From Nitrospirota bacterium (lineage in GTDB: Bacteria; Nitrospirota; UBA9217): a stretch of DNA of 64,000 nucleotides. This document shows, one piece after another, positions 19,970-30,375 of this stretch. How positions within the stretch are numbered: the first letter of the stretch is position 1; each line of letters opens with the position of its first letter. The notes below the pieces were generated by a model that was given only the letters and a program-made list of their open reading frames with translations, did no database searches and was not told where the DNA came from. The stretch spans positions 1-64,000 of the forward strand of contig CAWIYV010000014.1 in the NCBI GenBank assembly GCA_963840455.1, given 5' to 3'. Position numbers and translations under genes: made by a program.

Positions 19970-21901
19970 ATGGCATACAAACAAAAGAAATACCTGTCCA
20001 ACACCCCTCTCGTCGAGGCGCTTCATATCTATAATGAAGCCCTCGGGTCAGCGAACATCAACGGGCCCTTGCCCGGCGAACGGATCCTCGTGAGCGATGC
20101 GCTCGGCCGTGTCACTTCCGAGGCAGTGATCGCGAAGATCTCGTCGCCCTTCTATCACTCCGCGGCAATGGACGGCTTTGCGGTGAAGTTCATCGATACC
20201 TTCGGTGCTGCTGAGACCCGGCCCAAGCGGCTCAAGACCCCAAGGCAGGCGATCGCTGTCGATACCGGCGATCCCATGCCCGACGGGTTCGATGCGGTGA
20301 TCATGATCGAGGACGTGGAGAAGGTCTCGGAGGGCGAGATCGAGATCCTGAAGCCTGCAACGCCGTGGCAGCACGTGCGGCTCGTGGGCGAGGACATCGT
20401 TGCCACGGAGCTCATCATCTCGGAGAACCACGTTGTCCGGCCAGTCGACATGGCGGCCATGCTCGCGAGCGGCCACACCATGATCATGGTGAGAAAACAA
20501 CCGAGGATCGCCATCATACCCACAGGCACTGAGCTCGTGGAGCCGGGTAGCGCGCTCATCAAAGGAGACATCATCGATTTCAATTCCACGATGCTCTCTG
20601 CTATGGCCATCGAGTACGGGGCCAGGCCCGCCAGACGGTCGATCGTCAAGGACGAGGCAGTCCTGCTTCGGCAGATAATCCAACATGCCCTCCTGGAATC
20701 CGACCTCGTGGTGATCAACGCCGGTTCGTCTGCCGGCCGGGAGGACTTCACTGCCCAGGTGATCGCCGGCCTCGGGAAGGTGTACGTCCACGGCGTGAAC
20801 ATCAAGCCGGGCAAGCCGGTCATCCTCGGCATCGTGCAGGGCAAACCGGTCATCGGCATCCCGGGGTATCCGGTCTCTGCCGCGCTCACCTTCAACCTTT
20901 TCGTCAAGCCCATCCTGTACGCGCTCCAGGGCAGGACCATGCCGGAAGCCGAGACGCTCATCGCAAAGCTTTCACGCCAGGTCGCATCAAGCCTCGGCCA
21001 GGAGGAGTTCATCCGCGTGAAGCTCGGGAGCGTGTCGGGCAATCTCATTGCCACGCCCGTGACCCGCGGAGCCGGCGCGCTCATGTCGCTGGTGCGGGCC
21101 GACGGCATCATCCGCGTCCCCGCAGCAAGCGAGGGCATTGCCGCAGGCCACACTGTGACCGTCGAACTGCTCAGGCCACGCCACGAGATCGCGAACACCA
21201 TCGTCTGCATCGGCTCCCATGACAACGCGCTCGATGTGCTCGGCAATTTCCTCAAGAAGAAGCATCCCGGGCTGTCCTTGTCGTCAGCCCACGTGGGCAG
21301 CCTGGGCGGCCTGCTCGCGCTGAAGCGCGGCGAGGCGCACCTCGCCGGGACGCACCTGCTCGACGAGGAGACGGGCGAATACAACGTCAGCTACATCAAA
21401 AAGCACCTGCCGGAACAGAAGACCGTGCTCGTGAACCTCGTCTACCGGACGCAGGGCTTCATCGTGCCGAAGGGCAACCCCAAGGGCATCAAGGGGTTCG
21501 AGGACCTGGCGCGGGAGGACGTGGTCTTCGTGAACCGCCAGGCCGGGGCCGGCACGCGGCTGCTGACGGACCTCTCTCTCAAACGATTAAGGATTGACCC
21601 GAACAGGGTAAAAGGGTATCATCACGAGGAATTTACGCACATGGCCGTAGCTGCGGCAGTGGTCTCGGGCGCCGCGGACACCGGGCTCGCGGTGCTGTCA
21701 GCGGCCCAGGCGCTGGGCCTCGACTTCGTCCCGGTGGCGCAGGAACGCTACGACCTCGCCATCCCGGAAGAGCACTATGCCACCCCGATGCTCCAGGCGC
21801 TCCTCCAGATCGTCCGGGAGGACCGGGAGTTCCGGAAGCAGATCGAGAGCATGGGCGGGTACGATGTCGGCGAAATGGGAAATGTCATTGGCATCTTTTA
21901 A
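19970..21901 (+). CDS. MoeA fused to a PBP/LysR-type substrate-binding domain
   Basis: SAAMDG, KPGKP, then GSHD, VGSLGGL, VNRQ.GAGTR. Confidence 0.92.
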   Translation: MAYKQKKYLSNTPLVEALHIYNEALGSANINGPLPGERILVSDALGRVTSEAVIAKISSPFYHSAAMDGFAVKFIDTFGAAETRPKRLKTPRQAIAVDTGDPMPDGFDAVIMIEDVEKVSEGEIEILKPATPWQHVRLVGEDIVATELIISENHVVRPVDMAAMLASGHTMIMVRKQPRIAIIPTGTELVEPGSALIKGDIIDFNSTMLSAMAIEYGARPARRSIVKDEAVLLRQIIQHALLESDLVVINAGSSAGREDFTAQVIAGLGKVYVHGVNIKPGKPVILGIVQGKPVIGIPGYPVSAALTFNLFVKPILYALQGRTMPEAETLIAKLSRQVASSLGQEEFIRVKLGSVSGNLIATPVTRGAGALMSLVRADGIIRVPAASEGIAAGHTVTVELLRPRHEIANTIVCIGSHDNALDVLGNFLKKKHPGLSLSSAHVGSLGGLLALKRGEAHLAGTHLLDEETGEYNVSYIKKHLPEQKTVLVNLVYRTQGFIVPKGNPKGIKGFEDLAREDVVFVNRQAGAGTRLLTDLSLKRLRIDPNRVKGYHHEEFTHMAVAAAVVSGAADTGLAVLSAAQALGLDFVPVAQERYDLAIPEEHYATPMLQALLQIVREDREFRKQIESMGGYDVGEMGNVIGIF

Positions 21902-21906
21902 CGTCG

Positions 21907-21997
21907 AATTGCAAATTGAAAATTGCAGATTGAAAATTGTAAAATTGCGGAGCTGTAAATTTGAAATTTCCAATTTCCAATTTACCGTTTTCAATTC
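21907..21997. repeat. Inverted arrays of 7-bp repeats (AAATTGC/A-type)
   Basis: aattgcaaattgaaaattgcagattgaaaattgt ... aatttccaatttccaattt. Confidence 0.8.
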
Positions 21998-22015
21998 ATC
22001 ATCGGAGGTCTCATA

Positions 22016-22732
22016 ATGTACGCACTAGCATTGGCGGCGACGCCCGGTCTGGCGCCGGGGATCGTCGGGCTGTTCATGGAGTCGGGATGGATGGGCAAGG
22101 TCATCATGATGATCCTGCTCTGCTTTTCCGTCGTGTCCTGGGCCATGATCCTGCTCAAGTTCCAGTACCTGCGGAAGGCGGAGAAGGAGTCCCTGGCGTT
22201 CCTGCAGGTCTTTCGGAAGACGAAGAACATCGACGAACTGCTGGCAAGCGCCAAGCAGATGAAGTTCAGCCCGGTCGCGACGCTGTTCCTTGACGGCCAC
22301 AAGGAAGCGGAGAGCATCGTGAAGTCCCTTCCCGGCGGCACGGTGACCGAGGCGGACCGGCCCCTGGTCACGGAAGAGATCGGGCGTTCGCTCCAGATCA
22401 CGGCGCAGGACGAGGTCGTGTACATGGAGCGCTACCTGGCGTTCCTCGGGACGACAGGCACCGTCGGGCCGCTGCTCGGCCTCTTCGGCACGGTCTGGGG
22501 CATCATGGACGCCTTCTACGGCATCGGCCTCAAGGGTTCGGGCGACATCGGGGCCCTGGCGCCGGGCCTCGCCGAGGCGCTCATCAACACGTCGGGCGGC
22601 CTTTTTGTGGCCATCCCGGCCGTGATCGCCTACAATTACTTCGCGGAAAAGGTCAAGGACATGGCGACGCGCATGGACTCCTTCTCCATCGAGTTCATGA
22701 GCTTCGTGAGCCGCACGTACCTGAGGAAATAG
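22016..22732 (+). CDS. tolQ: TolQ (MotA/TolQ/ExbB family)
   Basis: PLLGLFGTVWGIM, APGLAEAL, VAIPAVIAYN. Confidence 0.9.
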   Translation: MYALALAATPGLAPGIVGLFMESGWMGKVIMMILLCFSVVSWAMILLKFQYLRKAEKESLAFLQVFRKTKNIDELLASAKQMKFSPVATLFLDGHKEAESIVKSLPGGTVTEADRPLVTEEIGRSLQITAQDEVVYMERYLAFLGTTGTVGPLLGLFGTVWGIMDAFYGIGLKGSGDIGALAPGLAEALINTSGGLFVAIPAVIAYNYFAEKVKDMATRMDSFSIEFMSFVSRTYLRK

Positions 22733-22734
22733 CC

Positions 22735-23151
22735 ATGCGAACGCAACGGAGGACCAGCCATATCATCCGCGAGCTGAACCTGGTGCCGCTGATCGACGTG
22801 CTGCTGGTGGTGCTGTTCTTCTACATGATCATCTCTCCCATGATGAGCCGCGGGCTGGACGTGAACCTGCCCAAGTCCGAGGCCAATACCATCAAGTCCG
22901 AGGACCGTGTCGTGATCACCGTGACCCGGGCCCAGGAAGTGTTCGTCGAGAAGGAGCGCGTCAACGTCGCAAAGCTCGGGGGCATCCTTTCCGCCATCAG
23001 GAAGAGCAAGCCCCAGATCAACGTCTATCTCCGGGCCGACCGGAACGCGCCCTATGGCGCCGTGGTGCAGGTCATGGACGTGGTGAAGCGGGCCGGCATC
23101 GACCGCTTGGGCATGGTCACCGAGGCGGCGGGAGGCGAGAGCGGCAAATGA
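22735..23151 (+). CDS. tolR: TolR/ExbD
   Basis: NLVPLIDVLLV, LRAD...YG.VV.VM. Confidence 0.88.
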   Translation: MRTQRRTSHIIRELNLVPLIDVLLVVLFFYMIISPMMSRGLDVNLPKSEANTIKSEDRVVITVTRAQEVFVEKERVNVAKLGGILSAIRKSKPQINVYLRADRNAPYGAVVQVMDVVKRAGIDRLGMVTEAAGGESGK

Positions 23152-23885
23152 AGCTGCTCACCGGCAAGAGGATCGGCCAGTCCGGTGGAGAGCTTACCAG
23201 GGCCGTCCTCTTCTCATTCATCAGCCACGTCATCTTTTTCTCTGCCGTGCTGTTCCTGGTCGCTCAGGGGCCGCCGCGCTTTGTGGTCCCTCCCTCCTAC
23301 CGGGTAAAATTGGTGGACCTTCCCCCGAACGCCGCGAACCTTCCCCCCACGATGTCCGAGCAGGCCGCTCAAGCCCCCGCGCCGGTCGTCAAGCCGCAGG
23401 CGATGCCGATGGCGAAAGCCCCGGGCAAGGCCGCGGCCAGACCGGCTCCTTCACGGCCCGCCGCGGTCAGGAAGGACGCCATGCCGGAGCTTGATACGAA
23501 GCGTGCGAAGAAGGAGGTGGAGGAGGCGGAGCCTGCACAGCCTTCCGCGGCGACGGGAAAGAAACAGGAGTCCGTGACGATTCAGACACCTTCTGAATTT
23601 TCCACGGGGAGTGTCTTCGCATGGTATGCGTATAATGTCAGCAGGAAGATCACCGGCAACTGGAAGCATCCCATCGTTCCCAAGGGCACAAAGACGAAGG
23701 TAGTGTTCACGATCCTCCGGTCCGGTATTGTAGAGTATGTGAAACTTGAGGAACCGAGCGGCATCTTTGGCTACGACCAAGCGGCGATTCGGGCCATCCA
23801 GATTTCGAGCCCGTTTCCGGCCTTGCCAGAGGATTTCAGTAAGTCTTCCGTCGTGTTTAGCGTCGATCTTCTGCCGGAGGAATAG
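23148..23885 (+). CDS. TolA/TonB C-terminal domain protein
   Basis: TM with S...H, Pro/Ala linker, SG...DQAAIRAI..PFPALP. Confidence 0.85.
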   Translation: MKLLTGKRIGQSGGELTRAVLFSFISHVIFFSAVLFLVAQGPPRFVVPPSYRVKLVDLPPNAANLPPTMSEQAAQAPAPVVKPQAMPMAKAPGKAAARPAPSRPAAVRKDAMPELDTKRAKKEVEEAEPAQPSAATGKKQESVTIQTPSEFSTGSVFAWYAYNVSRKITGNWKHPIVPKGTKTKVVFTILRSGIVEYVKLEEPSGIFGYDQAAIRAIQISSPFPALPEDFSKSSVVFSVDLLPEE

Positions 23886-23916
23886 GCGAGAAACGATCGC
23901 CGGCGATACAGGACCT

Positions 23917-25203
23917 ATGAGACGAATGCGACCACTATTCATGATCGCGGCCTTGCTGCTCATCGCGGCGCCCGCCGCGGCGCAGTACTACCTTGGCGTG
24001 ATCAAGGGGGAAGCAAAGAAGATCCCCCTTGCGGTGATCGACATTTATGACGACGCCGGCGCGCCTGCCCTTCGGAACCTGCTCCTGGAGGTGCTGCAGT
24101 CGGACCTGCGCCGCTCCCAGATCTTCGACGTGCTGGATCCGAAGAAGATCGACCTGAACTACGCGGGGAAGGACGACCCGACCGCCGAGATCGTCAAGCG
24201 GGGCGGCACCTTAGGCCTGACCGGAGCAGCGTGGGCGCGCATGTCTCGGAAAGGGAGCGATCTGACGCTTTCCGGCAGGCTCTACGACGCCGTAACCGGC
24301 AGGCGCATGGCGAGCAAGGAATATTACGGTAATGAGGAAACGGTCCGCCGCATGGCGCACACTTTCGCAGACGAGATCGTGTCCCAGTACACGGGCGAGA
24401 AGGGCGTCGCCCGATCGCGCATCGCCTTCGTATCCGACAAGACCGGCAAGAAAGAGCTCTATGTCATGGACTATGACGGCCAGAACATGAAAAAGCTCAC
24501 TGCAGACCGGTCGATATGCATGTCCCCGGCGTGGAGTCCTGATGGACGGATCCTTGCCTACGTGTCCTACCGCGACAAGAACCCCGACCTCTTCGGTCTG
24601 GACATGGAGACCGGCCGGCGCTGGAAGATATCAAGTTCCGAGGGGCTCAATATTTCGCCCGCTTGGTCGCCGAACGGCAAGCGGCTCGCCATGGCCATGT
24701 CCCGGGACGGCGGGGCAGAGATCTACACGATGTCGAAGGAGGGCAACGATGTCGAACGGCTTACCTTCGGCATCTCTGACAACGTCTCCCCCTCGTGGTC
24801 GCCCAATGGCCAGGAGATCGTGTTCACCTCGGGCCGGGGCGGGTCCCCGCAGCTCTACATCATGAGCGTTGATGGTTCCGACGCGCGCCGGATCACCTAC
24901 GAAGGCACGTACAACGCATCGCCCCACTGGTCGCCGCGCGGCGATCGGATCGTGTTCGTTTCTCAGGTAAAGGGCATCTTCAAGATCGCCACGATCAACC
25001 CCGACGGGTCCGACTTCCGCATCCTGACCGACGGGCCGGGGAACGACGAGAACCCCATGTGGTCTCCTACAGGCAGGCAGATCGTGTTCAGCTCTACCCG
25101 GAAGGGGAAGACGGGAATCTTCATCATGAATGCCGACGGGACCGAGCTCGATCGAATTACGCCCAACGATGCGAACTATACTTCAGCCGCCTGGTCCCCC
25201 TGA
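23917..25203 (+). CDS. tolB: TolB beta-propeller
   Basis: AH.FAD, RIAFVS, repeated SPAWSPDG. Confidence 0.93.
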   Translation: MRRMRPLFMIAALLLIAAPAAAQYYLGVIKGEAKKIPLAVIDIYDDAGAPALRNLLLEVLQSDLRRSQIFDVLDPKKIDLNYAGKDDPTAEIVKRGGTLGLTGAAWARMSRKGSDLTLSGRLYDAVTGRRMASKEYYGNEETVRRMAHTFADEIVSQYTGEKGVARSRIAFVSDKTGKKELYVMDYDGQNMKKLTADRSICMSPAWSPDGRILAYVSYRDKNPDLFGLDMETGRRWKISSSEGLNISPAWSPNGKRLAMAMSRDGGAEIYTMSKEGNDVERLTFGISDNVSPSWSPNGQEIVFTSGRGGSPQLYIMSVDGSDARRITYEGTYNASPHWSPRGDRIVFVSQVKGIFKIATINPDGSDFRILTDGPGNDENPMWSPTGRQIVFSSTRKGKTGIFIMNADGTELDRITPNDANYTSAAWSP

Positions 25204-25420
25204 TCGAAGCCGTCCCGGTGGAACCGGGGAAGCGGGGCACTGAAAGTCTGTCCGATCCGTTCGTTCGCCGCTTCAATATGTTGTCGAAATGAAGGCCGAT
25301 GCACCATTTCCCCCTTCAGTTCTCTCTCCTCCCGGTGCTATAATATCCTTGGACGTGGTGATGTTCCTCTTGCTCAGGCGAATGACGTTGTCGGCAACAG
25401 AATACGTCGGAGGCTCTTCC

Positions 25421-25867
25421 ATGCCCCATGCAGGATTGATGAACGAGGCGGCACTAGGTCCGCTTGAGGGCCCGCTCCAGCGGGCGCGGCTCCACGTACG
25501 CGGCGGCAGACGGCGACTGCGGCAGGGCAAGGTCTCCGCGGGGATCGCGACGCTCTATGACGCTCTGAGCGCCGCGATGCAGTGGTTTATCGCCTCACCG
25601 GAACAGAAAAAGAAGCTCACGATATTTCCAGGAGAGGACCTGAACAATGACAGGATTGCCTACCGGATCTTGGTTCGTTCAGGAGCGCTTGACGGGAAGT
25701 TCGATTTTGATGCTTTCGACCGCCTGACCGAATATGCGCTTGAGCACGAGCTGCCGGGATTCGATCCCGCGGAGGTCCTCGCGGGCATCGAGTCGGTCAT
25801 GACCCAGCTCGGCGTCATGCCTTTCGACGAAGCATTGCTGCCGCCCGAGGACCCGGCGACATTCTAA
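25421..25867 (+). CDS. Hypothetical protein
   Basis: ORF with RBS ggagg and typical codon use. Confidence 0.7.
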   Translation: MPHAGLMNEAALGPLEGPLQRARLHVRGGRRRLRQGKVSAGIATLYDALSAAMQWFIASPEQKKKLTIFPGEDLNNDRIAYRILVRSGALDGKFDFDAFDRLTEYALEHELPGFDPAEVLAGIESVMTQLGVMPFDEALLPPEDPATF

Positions 25868-25998
25868 GGCGACGGGGAGACACGGGGACGCGGAGAGGGT
25901 CATCCCGGATTTATCCGCTGTTATCATAGCCGTTATCAGTGTCCATCAGTGTCAAAGGTCTTTCTTGTTTGCTTCGTGTCTCCGTGGTGATTACTGTC

Positions 25999-28011
25999 AT
26001 GAACAGACTATCCAATGAACGATCTCCCTACCTTCAACACGCCGCGCACCAGAAGATCGACTGGTACCCCTGGTCCGACGAGCCCTTCCTGCGCGCCGAG
26101 CAGGAAGGCAAGGCCGTATTCCTCTCGTCGGGCGGCGTCTGGTGCCACTGGTGCCATGTGATGGCGAAGGAGTCCTTCGAGAACGACGAGGTGGCGGCGC
26201 TTCTGAACGAACTGTTCATCAGTGTGAAGCTCGACCGCGACGAGCGGCCTGACATCGACCGCCGATACCAGCAGGCTGTGGCGCTCATGGGCAGCGGGGG
26301 CGGCTGGCCCCTGTCGGTGTTCCTGACGCCGGACCGCAGGCCCTTCTTCGGCGGCACCTATTTTCCGCCCGACGACCGCTACGGCAGGCCGGGGTTCATC
26401 AAGGTGCTCCGGTCTGTCCACGAGTTCTACCGGACGCGCAAGGGCGAGGCGGCCGAATACGGTGTCCGCATCATGGACGCCCTGAAGGCCGAGGTGCTCG
26501 AGGCAGGCGACCTCTCGCAGGAAGCGCTGGAGCAGGCGAAAAGCGCCATGCTCGGGCACTTTGATGCGCAGAACGGCGGTTTCGGGACGGCGCCTAAGTT
26601 CCCCATGCCCGGTGCGCTCGAGTTCCTGCTCCACCAGGCAGCGATGCGGAAGGACCGCGTTGCGGAGAACGCCGTGAAGACGACGCTGGACGCGATGCTG
26701 CGGGGCGGATTCCACGACCATCTCGGCGGCGGGTTCCACCGCTATTCCGTGGACGAGGCATGGTTCGTGCCGCACTTCGAGAAGATGGCCGACGACAATG
26801 CCTGGCTCCTCCGGAACTATACCGATGCCTACGCCCTCTTCGGCGAAGAACGGTATCGGGAAGCCGCCGAAGGGATCATCCGGTTCGTTCGCGAGGTCCT
26901 GTCCGATCCAGCGGGCGGGTTCTACGCGAGCCAGGACGCCGATGTGACGCCTGATGACGAAGGGGGCTACTTCACCTGGACCGACGGGGACCTGACGCGC
27001 GTCCTTACGATCGACGAGTATCAGGTCCTGTCCCTGCGCTATTTCCACGGGCGCGGCTCCCTGCACCACGATCACGAAAAGAAGGTCCTGTGCGCGGCGA
27101 AGGAGCCGCCGGCGATCGCTGCCGAGCTTAAGATGCCGGTCGAGCGGGTGAATGCCTTGCTCGCGCAGGGCAGGGAGAAGCTTCTGCGGGAGCGGAACAG
27201 GCGCGAGACGCCGTTCGTGGACAGGACGCTCTACACGTCGCTGAACGGGATGTTCATCACGTCCTATCTCAAGGCGTATCGCGTGCTGGGTGATCCCGGC
27301 CTCAAGGACTTCGCGCTTGCCAGCCTCGACCGCATCATCCGGGATCGGTCCAAGGACAGTGTGCTCCTGCATTGTGAAGGCGTTCCGGCTGTTCTGGATG
27401 ATCATGTCTATCTTGTCGAGGCGCTGGTCGCCGCCTACGAAGCGACCGGCGACCGTGCCCGTCTGGACCTCGCGGTCACGCTCATGGACCGGTGCGTCGC
27501 GCACTTCGGGGACAGCGCGGGCGGCTTTTTCGACACCGAGGCCGATGTGCTCGGCACGCGGCTCAAGCGCATCGAGGACATCCCGCATCCATCAGCGAAC
27601 GCTGTCGCCATCATGCTGCTGTTGAAATTGTTCCACCTCACCGGCAGGGAACCCTACCGCGCTGCTGCCGAAGGGTCGCTCCGCATATTTGCCGCAGTGG
27701 TGCGCGAGATGAGCATCCATGCCGGGACCTATTTCTGCGCCCTCGACGCCTGGTTCTCGACGCTCAAACTGACGGTGGAGGCCCGGCCCGACAGCGGGCT
27801 CGCCCGCGCGGCAATGCGCCTCACGGGTCCGTACACATCGTTGGTGTACGGCAGGGACCAGGGAAGGATCATCCCGTGCGTCAACGAGACCTGCTATGAA
27901 CCGGTCACGAATGAGGCCGGCCTGCAGCGGTATGCGGAAGGAACCGAGGGGCCGCCGGAGGGCTCCTTGTCCCAACTTTTCTCGTCAAGCACCATAAAAC
28001 CTGTTAATTGA
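25999..28011 (+). CDS. YyaL/SPATA20 (DUF255) thioredoxin-domain protein
   Basis: NRL..E.SPYL, WCHWCHVM..ESF, GGWP, PHFEKM. Confidence 0.92.
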   Translation: MNRLSNERSPYLQHAAHQKIDWYPWSDEPFLRAEQEGKAVFLSSGGVWCHWCHVMAKESFENDEVAALLNELFISVKLDRDERPDIDRRYQQAVALMGSGGGWPLSVFLTPDRRPFFGGTYFPPDDRYGRPGFIKVLRSVHEFYRTRKGEAAEYGVRIMDALKAEVLEAGDLSQEALEQAKSAMLGHFDAQNGGFGTAPKFPMPGALEFLLHQAAMRKDRVAENAVKTTLDAMLRGGFHDHLGGGFHRYSVDEAWFVPHFEKMADDNAWLLRNYTDAYALFGEERYREAAEGIIRFVREVLSDPAGGFYASQDADVTPDDEGGYFTWTDGDLTRVLTIDEYQVLSLRYFHGRGSLHHDHEKKVLCAAKEPPAIAAELKMPVERVNALLAQGREKLLRERNRRETPFVDRTLYTSLNGMFITSYLKAYRVLGDPGLKDFALASLDRIIRDRSKDSVLLHCEGVPAVLDDHVYLVEALVAAYEATGDRARLDLAVTLMDRCVAHFGDSAGGFFDTEADVLGTRLKRIEDIPHPSANAVAIMLLLKLFHLTGREPYRAAAEGSLRIFAAVVREMSIHAGTYFCALDAWFSTLKLTVEARPDSGLARAAMRLTGPYTSLVYGRDQGRIIPCVNETCYEPVTNEAGLQRYAEGTEGPPEGSLSQLFSSSTIKPVN

Positions 28012-28117
28012 CAAATACGTGAACGGTATGCTATTCTTGTTCAGTCGCCGCAGATACATCTTCTCTTGCCCCGACATGCACTTCGGATCTCATAACTAAT
28101 TTTACAAGGAGGATATC

Positions 28118-28702
28118 ATGAAGAGAACGATGATGGTGTTGTTGTCGCTGGTCCTGATGCTGGGTCTCGCTGTAGTATATGGCTGTCCCAAGAAGGCAGA
28201 GGTGGGCTCTGCGCCTGAAGAGCAGAAAGCGGAGCAGGCCCCGGCGAAGTCGGCCGCGGATATAGCCGCTGAGAAGGCCGCTGAAGAGAAGCGCGCTGCT
28301 GAGGCCGCTGCTGCCGCCGCAAGGGCCGCAGAGGAAGCGAAGGCCCGGGAAGCGGCCGCCAAGGCCGCGGCGGGGCTCCAGCCCATCTATTTTGATTTCG
28401 ACAAGTCCTTTGTGCGCGACGACGCGAAGGCCGTGATGAAGGCCAACGCGGACTACCTCAAGGCGAATCCCAAGGTGAAGGTCCGCATCGAGGGCAACTG
28501 CGACGAGCGCGGCACCATCGAATACAACCAGGCCCTGGGTCAGCGCCGTGCGGCTGCTGCCAAGAAATACCTCACGGACATGGGCATCTCGGCAAAACGC
28601 ATATCGCTCATCAGCTACGGCAAGGAGAAGCCTGTCTGCACCCAGAGCACAGAGGATTGCTGGCAGAAGAACCGGCGGGATGAATTCGTCGCCGCCGAGT
28701 GA
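28118..28702 (+). CDS. pal: Peptidoglycan-associated lipoprotein Pal
   Basis: Lipobox YGC; IYFDFD, IEGNCDERGT.EYN.ALGQRRA, SYGKEKP. Confidence 0.93.
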   Translation: MKRTMMVLLSLVLMLGLAVVYGCPKKAEVGSAPEEQKAEQAPAKSAADIAAEKAAEEKRAAEAAAAAARAAEEAKAREAAAKAAAGLQPIYFDFDKSFVRDDAKAVMKANADYLKANPKVKVRIEGNCDERGTIEYNQALGQRRAAAAKKYLTDMGISAKRISLISYGKEKPVCTQSTEDCWQKNRRDEFVAAE

Positions 28703-28785
28703 TCATGCAAGGCGCGGGGAGGGGAGGGCATTCCCGGTACCCGCGCTTTTTTTTTATCGTACTGCTCCAGGAGACCTGCGGGATC

Positions 28786-29613
28786 ATGAGCAATAAAGCC
28801 TTGCTGACCATTGTCACCCTTGTCCTCGCCGCCGGCTGCGCGCCGCAGGCGGAGCTCGTGAAGCTCCGCAACGAGATGAACGACCTTCGCACGGAGACGC
28901 ACTCGGAGATCAAGGACGTGAAGGGCCGCGTGCCCGACCTGTCGGGCATCGAGAAGCGGCAGGACCAGCTTGCGGCGGACGTCAAGAGCACCTCCGACCT
29001 CCAGAGGTCCATTGCCGATCAGGGTGCGCGGTTCGACCAGCTGGTGACAGACCTCCAGATCATGCAGGGGAAGCTCGAGGAGAACAACTTCCGCATGAAG
29101 GAGATGTCGCAGAAGCTGGACGACAAGGCCTACCAGCTTTCGGAGCTCACCGCGCGGGTGGACCAGCTTGAGAGCAAGCTGAGGTCGGCCCCCGCGGGCA
29201 CTGCGCCGGCCGAGAAGAAGCCGGGGGTCCGGACCCCGAGCCCCAGCGAGGCGTACCAGCAGGCGAAAACCGACTATGACAAGGGCAGCTTCGACCTCTC
29301 CATCGCCGGGTTCGAGAACTATCTGAAGCAATTCCCCGACGCAAGCCAGGCGGACAGCGCCCAGTACTGGATCGGCGAATGTTACTACAGCAAGAAGGAG
29401 TACGGGAAGGCGATCGAGGCGTTCGACAAGGTCCTGAAGGACCATCCGAAAAGCGAGAAGGCGCCCGGCGCCCGGCTCAAGATTGGCTACTCCTACCTGA
29501 ATGAGAAGAACACCGCCAAGGCCAAGGAGCACCTTAACAGGGTCGTCAAGGATTACCCCTCCAGCAAGGAGGCCGCGCTTGCCAGGGAGAAGCTGAGGAA
29601 GATCGGGAAGTAG
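28786..29613 (+). CDS. ybgF: Tol-Pal protein YbgF/CpoB
   Basis: Coiled coil plus TPR (AQYWIGECYY); follows pal. Confidence 0.9.
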   Translation: MSNKALLTIVTLVLAAGCAPQAELVKLRNEMNDLRTETHSEIKDVKGRVPDLSGIEKRQDQLAADVKSTSDLQRSIADQGARFDQLVTDLQIMQGKLEENNFRMKEMSQKLDDKAYQLSELTARVDQLESKLRSAPAGTAPAEKKPGVRTPSPSEAYQQAKTDYDKGSFDLSIAGFENYLKQFPDASQADSAQYWIGECYYSKKEYGKAIEAFDKVLKDHPKSEKAPGARLKIGYSYLNEKNTAKAKEHLNRVVKDYPSSKEAALAREKLRKIGK

Positions 29614-29760
29614 CGACCTTCGCTCATGGCACCCGGACAATCGGCATTGCCCAAAATCGTTGTTCCCGCAGTCCTGGTCCCGCTGCCGGCAACCTGCAGG
29701 TAGTGGCGGTCCGGATAGTTCGTGGCCGGTAGTGATCTGAACTTATTGTCCCTTATGCCA

Positions 29761-29885
29761 TGTAGCAAATGCTACAGGGTTTTCATGAGACGCGCCAATC
29801 CCCCTCTCCCATCGACAGCAAAATATTCCAAACCTATTGATTCATTGAGGCAAATCGATATCATTTCTTTGGCGAAACTATTGCT
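29761..29885 (+). promoter_or_regulatory. Sigma54-type promoter with palindromic upstream activator site
   Basis: TGGCGAAACTATTGCT at 29870-29885 (GG-N10-GC); palindrome TGTAGCAAATGCTACA at 29761-29776; IHF-like site between. Confidence 0.7.
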
Positions 29886-29959
29886 ATACTATTGATGAGG
29901 TCTAAGCAGGGGAACCGGCCAAGACCTGAACAATATTCTTTTCGAGGGAGGCAAGGAAC

Positions 29960-30349
29960 ATGAAAAAGCTGCTGATGATAGGATTCGCATTGCTGTTAAG
30001 CACCGGCGTGGCGCTGGCAAAGGACTATGAAGTAAAGAAAAAAGCGGGGGACTTCGATGTGATCGTTACGATCGACAAGAACCCGCCCGTGACCGGCGAC
30101 AACGGCGTGACCGTGTCGGTGAAGGATGCGGCAGGGAAGGCGGTCAAGGACGCGAAGGTAGTGGTCGACTACTCGATGCCCGCCATGCCGGGCATGCCGC
30201 CCATGAACTACAAGGCCGACGCAATGCTGAAAGGTGACACGTACGCGGCGACCATGAACCTGTCCATGGCCGGCCCCTGGAACGTCACTGTCAAGATCAG
30301 CGCCGGCGGCAAGACCGGCAGCGTGAAGTTCACCGTCGACGCGAAGTAA
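29960..30349 (+). CDS. FixH/YtkA-like periplasmic Met-rich protein
   Basis: Signal peptide; YSMPAMPGMPPM, SMAGPW. Confidence 0.85.
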   Translation: MKKLLMIGFALLLSTGVALAKDYEVKKKAGDFDVIVTIDKNPPVTGDNGVTVSVKDAAGKAVKDAKVVVDYSMPAMPGMPPMNYKADAMLKGDTYAATMNLSMAGPWNVTVKISAGGKTGSVKFTVDAK

Positions 30350-30375
30350 CCTCATTGCGGATTTCGGATTGCGGA

